Under the pieces are notes generated by a model. The model saw only the letters and a list, made by a program, of their open reading frames with translations, made no database searches and was not told the DNA's origin. This document shows, piece after piece, positions 47,372 through 51,529 of a DNA stretch of 51,529 nucleotides. A program made the position numbers and the translations under genes. Where the stretch lies: assembly GCA_964360435.1 (NCBI GenBank), contig CAYHVQ010000003.1:1-51529 (forward strand). Reading direction: 5' to 3'. Numbering within the stretch: the first letter of the stretch is position 1; the number at the start of each line of letters is the position of its first letter. Source of the DNA: an uncultured Gammaproteobacteria bacterium. GTDB lineage: Bacteria; Patescibacteriota; Patescibacteriia; CAYHVQ01.

Positions 47372-47707
47372 TTACCGTTTAAGAAAAAATCCGGACACCA
47401 GACTCACGAGCCACATGATGATCGCTCCGGTAAACGCCGCAACAAAACCATTCACCTCAAATCCTTTAATGAACGTACTGACGAACCAAAACAGAAGAGC
47501 GTTGATGAATAGCGTGGATAAACCGAGCGTCATGATGGTAATCGGCAAAGTCAGCAGGGTCAAAATCGGGCGCACAATCGCGTTTAAGATTCCAAGGACA
47601 AGTGCTGTAATGAGGGCGGTATAGAAACTTTCAACCTGGATATTGGGAACGAGATACGCGATCCCGATCAAAGCAAGGGCGTTAACAATCCAGCGAAGTA
47701 ATAACAT
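47372..47707 (-). CDS. Phage_holin_4_2 / YvlD-family 4-TM membrane protein
   Basis: LNAIVRPIL.LLTLP...TLGL...INA motif. Confidence 0.88.
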   Translation of the reverse strand: MLLLRWIVNALALIGIAYLVPNIQVESFYTALITALVLGILNAIVRPILTLLTLPITIMTLGLSTLFINALLFWFVSTFIKGFEVNGFVAAFTGAIIMWLVSLVSGFFLKR

Positions 47708-47745
47708 AATTTGCCCGATAACAATAAATTGTGGAAAACAGCAAA

Positions 47746-47774
47746 ATTATAGCATGATTTTCGAATCATCACAA
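47746..47774 (-). promoter_or_regulatory. Putative promoter with internal palindrome ATGATT-N4-AATCAT
   Basis: TTGTGA-17 nt-TATAAT with extended TG; palindrome at 47754-47769. Confidence 0.5.
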
Positions 47775-47809
47775 AAATCATTATCGAACCACGATTCAAA
47801 GCGAAGGAT

Positions 47810-47836
47810 AAACAAAAACAGGCATTTCTGCCTGTT
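47810..47836 (-). terminator. Rho-independent terminator after tRNA-Gln
   Basis: AACAGGCA-GAAA-TGCCTGTT hairpin followed by TTTGTTT on the minus strand. Confidence 0.8.
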
Positions 47837-47846
47837 CTGTCCCATT

Positions 47847-47920
47847 TGGCTCGGGAGCAGGGACTCGAACCCCGACTACTAGAGCCAGAATCTAGCGTCC
47901 TACCATTAGACGACTCCCGA
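47847..47920 (-). tRNA. tRNA-Gln (CUG)
   Basis: Cloverleaf with acceptor TCGGGAG/CTCCCGA (U1-A72), anticodon arm CTAGA-TTCTGGC-TCTAG, GGTTCGAGTCC T-arm and encoded CCA. Confidence 0.96.
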
Positions 47921-47936
47921 ATGTGTGTCCTTTCCC

Positions 47937-49505
47937 CTACCCGACCACGCGGCCCCCAAACGCCTCAAGTGCCGCGCTGATCTGTGGATCTTGTGTGGCG
48001 GAGACAGGAATGCCTCCTCCTCCTTCTTCCCGCGCTTGTTCTGCGACAACTCCCTGAACGCGAAGCCGATGCCCGGTGACCTTTTCAATCGCCTGCGTGA
48101 CTGCGTCTTTATTCTGACCTTCACGGAGCAGTTTGCAATGGAATTCGTATCCAAAGCCAATCGTGAGAAGCCCCTCCTCTAAAGAGATCAATTTACCAAC
48201 ATTTAAGGCAAGTGTCAACGAGTGGTGTGTCTCCTGCAGAGTTGCAAGAATTTTTGGCCACGGGGTCTCAATATCCTTCAGGATTGCACTGGTTGAGAGC
48301 GAGGGCACCGGCGGGGTCGATGATTCTTTTAATTGAGGAGGAACTGCGGGTTTTTGGACGGACGGAGGTTTCCTTGCCTCATTCAGTTGAGATACGTTGT
48401 TATCTCCTGCGGGAATGGAGTCAAGAATTGCGAGCTCCAATGGAAGTTGGGGAATCTGAAGCGCGTGACGTTGAAGGTCTTGCGCCTGAAGAAAATGACG
48501 AATCCATTGAATAATTTGAACTGGAGAAACCAGATTTACGAGATCCAGAAATTCCGCATACTGCTTTTCGCCAAGATTTACCGCGCTGTGCGAGGAAAGA
48601 GACGGGGAAAGGCGAAGAAGCATCGCCCACCGCAAAAATTCAATCCATGAACGATGAAAAACTTCAAGATCCGCGCCGTCGTTCAGCAGTTGATTAACCA
48701 GTTCGATCGCCTCTGCTGCGCGACGTTCATGAAGCATTTGGAAGAGCGTAAGAAAATGTTCAATCTCCAGACGCGGGACAACCAGATCGGCAACTTCGGA
48801 CGTAATCTTCTTCTCTCCGATTGCAAAAATTTGTCCGAGAAGACTTTCGGCGTCGCGCTCATGCCCCTGTGCATGGCGGGCAATGGATTCCAGAACATCG
48901 CGATCAATTTGGACATCCTCTGCCTTCGCGATTTTCTCCATGCGCCCAACCATATCCCCAACATCAATCCGCCGAAAATCAAATCGCTGGCACCGCGAAA
49001 TGATCGTCGCTGGCAGTTTATGTATTTCCGTGGTCGCAAGAATAAACACGACATTCTCTGGCGGCTCTTCCAATGTCTTAAGGAGCGCATTAAACGCGGA
49101 AATGGAAAGCATATGCGCTTCATCAAGGATGAAGACTTTATACTTTCTCGACGTTGGTGCAATGCGAGAATTTTCAATAATGTGCTCGCGAACATGGTCT
49201 ACGCCCGTATGCGATGCGGCATCAACCTCAATCAAATCCAGAGAGCGCCCTTCGCTGATTTCCACGCATGATGCACAGGCGTTGCAGGGTTCACTCTCCC
49301 CCGATTTTCGATTCAAGCAGTTCAGGGATTTCGCGAGGAGCCGGGCGGTGGTCGTTTTTCCCACAGCGCGCGGACCGCAAAATAAATACGCATGCGCAAT
49401 CCGATTGCTCGCGATTTCGTTTTGAATCGTCAATTTGATGGCCTTTTGTCCCGCAACTTCTTCAAAACATTGGGGCCGATATTTTCGATAGAGGGTTTCC
49501 GTCAT
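47937..49505 (-). CDS. dnaX: DNA polymerase III subunit gamma/tau
   Basis: LYRKYRPQ.F, GPRAVGKTT, DEAHML, FNALLKTLEEPP and SRCQRF motifs. Confidence 0.97.
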   Translation of the reverse strand: MTETLYRKYRPQCFEEVAGQKAIKLTIQNEIASNRIAHAYLFCGPRAVGKTTTARLLAKSLNCLNRKSGESEPCNACASCVEISEGRSLDLIEVDAASHTGVDHVREHIIENSRIAPTSRKYKVFILDEAHMLSISAFNALLKTLEEPPENVVFILATTEIHKLPATIISRCQRFDFRRIDVGDMVGRMEKIAKAEDVQIDRDVLESIARHAQGHERDAESLLGQIFAIGEKKITSEVADLVVPRLEIEHFLTLFQMLHERRAAEAIELVNQLLNDGADLEVFHRSWIEFLRWAMLLRLSPSLSSHSAVNLGEKQYAEFLDLVNLVSPVQIIQWIRHFLQAQDLQRHALQIPQLPLELAILDSIPAGDNNVSQLNEARKPPSVQKPAVPPQLKESSTPPVPSLSTSAILKDIETPWPKILATLQETHHSLTLALNVGKLISLEEGLLTIGFGYEFHCKLLREGQNKDAVTQAIEKVTGHRLRVQGVVAEQAREEGGGGIPVSATQDPQISAALEAFGGRVVG

Positions 49506-49514
49506 AACTCCCCT

Positions 49515-49543
49515 ACTTTACTCCAGGAATACAAAAAAATCAA
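49515..49543 (-). promoter_or_regulatory. Putative sigma70 promoter of dnaX
   Basis: TTGATT-17 nt-TAAAGT; 9 nt from the -10 box to the ATG. Confidence 0.45.
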
Positions 49544-49610
49544 TCCTTCTGTTTTCTGATTCAGTCGGGGTTTTCAGCTCGCATGCCATCCCAACCGTCA
49601 CAAAGCTATT

Positions 49611-49627
49611 TTTGAGATAGCCTCTAA
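49611..49627 (-). repeat. 17-nt post-stop motif, copy 3 (TTAGAGGCTATCTCAAA)
   Basis: Overlaps the TAG of 49624..50250; 15/17 identical to copy 1. Confidence 0.55.
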
Positions 49628-50250
49628 TGATCTTCAATAGGATCCAACAACACTTCTTCTGCCAGAGCTTGAGCGGCTGGCAACGAGGATGATGACAGCT
49701 TAATAATATTCTCTACCGCCGCCCAAGTGCAGGACTGACCCGCGGGAAGGAGAATCACAACTTCATCTCCAACTTCCCCCTTAAAATATGTAACGGACGC
49801 TAAAAGAATTTTATAAATTTTTCCCTGCGCCAGCACGCGAAACTCACCGCCTCGCTCATCGCGCGAGAGAACGCCAACGACCCGCTGACGCTCCACCGGA
49901 CCGATTTGCTTATAAATAAAACTTCCGTCCGGCGTAATCGTCAATTTCAAATGATCGCCCTCGACGAGCTTTGACTTGGAGGCGTAGTTTGACGGAACCG
50001 CGTACTGCTTTCCTCCGGCTCCAATCATATTTTGCCCATCAAAAATTCCCTCGATGACTTTTCCCTCGGGCGTTTCTTCATTTCTCCCTAATACACCGCC
50101 AAACGCGGGATTCTGGAAGGATGGCTCGCTTACCTGAAACAGATCTGGATATAGCTCCGCAACCGTGGATCGTAGTTGATTCAACTTTCCCTGCATCGTT
50201 TCAAGCGTCTCAAGGATGTCAAGGACAGTTTTTTTGTTTTCGTCGGACAT
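49624..50250 (-). CDS. Conserved hypothetical protein (CPR-type; not a true L7/L12)
   Basis: IEGIFDGQNM, YAVPSNYASKSKLVEGD.LKLTI, FIYKQIGPVER and ASVTYFK motifs, recalled from CPR genomes and not verified by search. Confidence 0.8.
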   Translation of the reverse strand: MSDENKKTVLDILETLETMQGKLNQLRSTVAELYPDLFQVSEPSFQNPAFGGVLGRNEETPEGKVIEGIFDGQNMIGAGGKQYAVPSNYASKSKLVEGDHLKLTITPDGSFIYKQIGPVERQRVVGVLSRDERGGEFRVLAQGKIYKILLASVTYFKGEVGDEVVILLPAGQSCTWAAVENIIKLSSSSLPAAQALAEEVLLDPIEDH

Positions 50251-50276
50251 GGGAATATTTTTATTTTAGTGCACTA

Positions 50277-50305
50277 AATTTACCATTGACGCCGCACGGT
50301 GTCAA
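50277..50305 (-). promoter_or_regulatory. Near-consensus sigma70 promoter overlapped by two palindromes
   Basis: TTGACA-17 nt-TAAATT with extended TGG. Confidence 0.7.
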
Positions 50306-50326
50306 ACCAGACTGGCGCAAAACCCG

Positions 50327-51529
50327 CTAACGAGACATCTCCGGCGGTGCTGGCGCGCGCCGACCAAGTGCCCCCAGCTGCGCTCGCTCTTCGATTTCTA
50401 ACTCAACGCCCGAGCGGTCACGTCCATATTTCAAGCGAGAAAGCTGCTTCAACGGCTCCTTTAACTGCGCATTACCCGGCGGCGGGTAAATGGTCTTCAT
50501 ATTGAATGGCAATGAGGCGGTGCTGTCAATCAAAAGTTTGATATTCGCGGTATATTGCTCAACATTCACAAGATCATTTAAGGTGAATGTCGGTTCAAAC
50601 TCCTTTTGCAAAAATTCCGCATCCTCAACCCCAATCCGAAACGCAACAATGGTACCGACGTTGCCAAAAACCGCATTTTTAATAGACTCGTCGCCTTTTT
50701 CTCCTAATTGACCGATGTACTGATGCGCGATGATTAAATCCAGACGGTATTTTCTTGCTTCTGAAAGAATGGTCGCAATGCTGTCGGTTGTAAAATTCTG
50801 AAATTCATCCAGATACAGATAAAAATCCCGCCGTTCCGAGGCCTCGACCTCGGCGCGCGCCATGGCCGCCATCTGGAGCTTTGTGACAATAATAAAGCCC
50901 AAGAGACGACTGTTAACCTCACCAATCTTCCCCTTTGAAAGATTGACGAGAAAAATTTTTCGATGATCCATCATCTCCCGAAAATTGAACCCCGAAACAC
51001 GCTGTCCAACAATATTGCGCATCATCCGGTTGCTTAAAAACCTTCCGATTTTCGAAATAACGTAACTCAACATATCCGCAGACTGCTGGCCGCGTTGGGA
51101 TTGTTCATATTCCTGCTCCCAGAAATTCTTGACGACCGGGTTCGTGACCTTCTCGAGTTTTTTCTTTCGGTACGCGCTGTCTGTAAACATCCGGGGGATT
51201 TCCAAAATCGTCGCACCAGATTCACGATCTTCCATGAGTGCGAGCATCGCATTCCGCATATAGTGCTCAAACATCGGCCCGATCATCTCCTCACCGAACA
51301 GCTTGTAAAAAATCGCAACCATCTCCTGTACGGCAAAATCGCGTTCCGCTTCGTTATCCCCTTCCAACATATTTAACCCGACGGGTCGTTCAAGATCAGA
51401 TGGATCAAAAATCACGACGTCTTCTGCGCGCTCTTTTGGGATGTGCGGCAGGATGTCCTCGATGAGCTCGCCGTGCGGATCCACAACGGCAACCCCTTCG
51501 CCGTTCTGAATGTCCTGAATGATCATACT
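50327..51529 (-). CDS. TraD/VirD4/HerA-like P-loop ATPase (5' partial)
   Basis: VVDPHG, LVNLSKG.IG, YLDEFQNF, LSEARKYRL, AHQY and GNVGT..FR motifs; frame is open to the window edge. Confidence 0.85.
   Translation of the reverse strand, partial: SMIIQDIQNGEGVAVVDPHGELIEDILPHIPKERAEDVVIFDPSDLERPVGLNMLEGDNEAERDFAVQEMVAIFYKLFGEEMIGPMFEHYMRNAMLALMEDRESGATILEIPRMFTDSAYRKKKLEKVTNPVVKNFWEQEYEQSQRGQQSADMLSYVISKIGRFLSNRMMRNIVGQRVSGFNFREMMDHRKIFLVNLSKGKIGEVNSRLLGFIIVTKLQMAAMARAEVEASERRDFYLYLDEFQNFTTDSIATILSEARKYRLDLIIAHQYIGQLGEKGDESIKNAVFGNVGTIVAFRIGVEDAEFLQKEFEPTFTLNDLVNVEQYTANIKLLIDSTASLPFNMKTIYPPPGNAQLKEPLKQLSRLKYGRDRSGVELEIEERAQLGALGRRAPAPPEMSR

Noticed and set aside
47372-47920. Holin-family gene beside a tRNA as a prophage or att site
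   Set aside because: No integrase, phage genes or duplicated tRNA 3' end seen; this family is commonly chromosomal
49506-49623. SRP RNA (ffs), often found upstream of dnaX
   Set aside because: No conserved SRP domain IV motif (CAGG...GGAA...AGCAG) on either strand
1-51529. CRISPR array, transposase, or TGA recoding (code 25)
   Set aside because: No regularly spaced repeats or transposase motifs seen; TGA ends many full-length conserved genes

Overview
A 51.5 kb stretch of core chromosome from a bacterium using standard code 11 (TGA is a stop). It is most likely a Patescibacteria/CPR genome, probably Parcubacteria/ABY1; this is inferred from the short alphaCTD-less RpoA, a trimmed uL13, an LGAGC lipobox, DUF4012, collapsed operons and scarce Shine-Dalgarno sites. 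Bases 1-31.7 kb are all on the + strand: the end of the ribosomal superoperon (rpsK-rpsD-rpoA-rplQ-rplM-rpsI), a surface-glycan locus (flippase, three GT4, two GT2, ABC-2 exporter, O-antigen-ligase-like protein, DUF4012, an extra mreB), holB, an Asp-box lipoprotein, frr, a frameshifted rseP, mreBCD-mrdA, greA, lysS, serS, two tandem ddl paralogues and ftsQ. The rest holds an M23 peptidase, gltX, a WecB/TagA transferase, a repeat-bearing lysozyme-like protein, a MEMO/LigB-like protein, degenerate priA, fmt, an amino-acid permease, a response regulator, an L,D-transpeptidase, a ferredoxin, a GT-C transferase, mutY, a holin-family protein, tRNA-Gln(CUG), dnaX and a partial TraD/VirD4-like ATPase. 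I found no CRISPR array, transposase or prophage. The best leads are: (1) a tandem Ddl pair with complementary active-site changes, one carrying the D-Ala-D-Lac-type K-F signature; (2) a DUF4012 (possibly LCP-like) plus dedicated MreB wall-glycan module; (3) RpoA lacking its CTD together with leaderless promoters and palindromic operators; (4) a 17-nt motif fused to three TAG stop codons; (5) a triple-hairpin element before frr. All family assignments come from motif recognition by eye; no searches were run.
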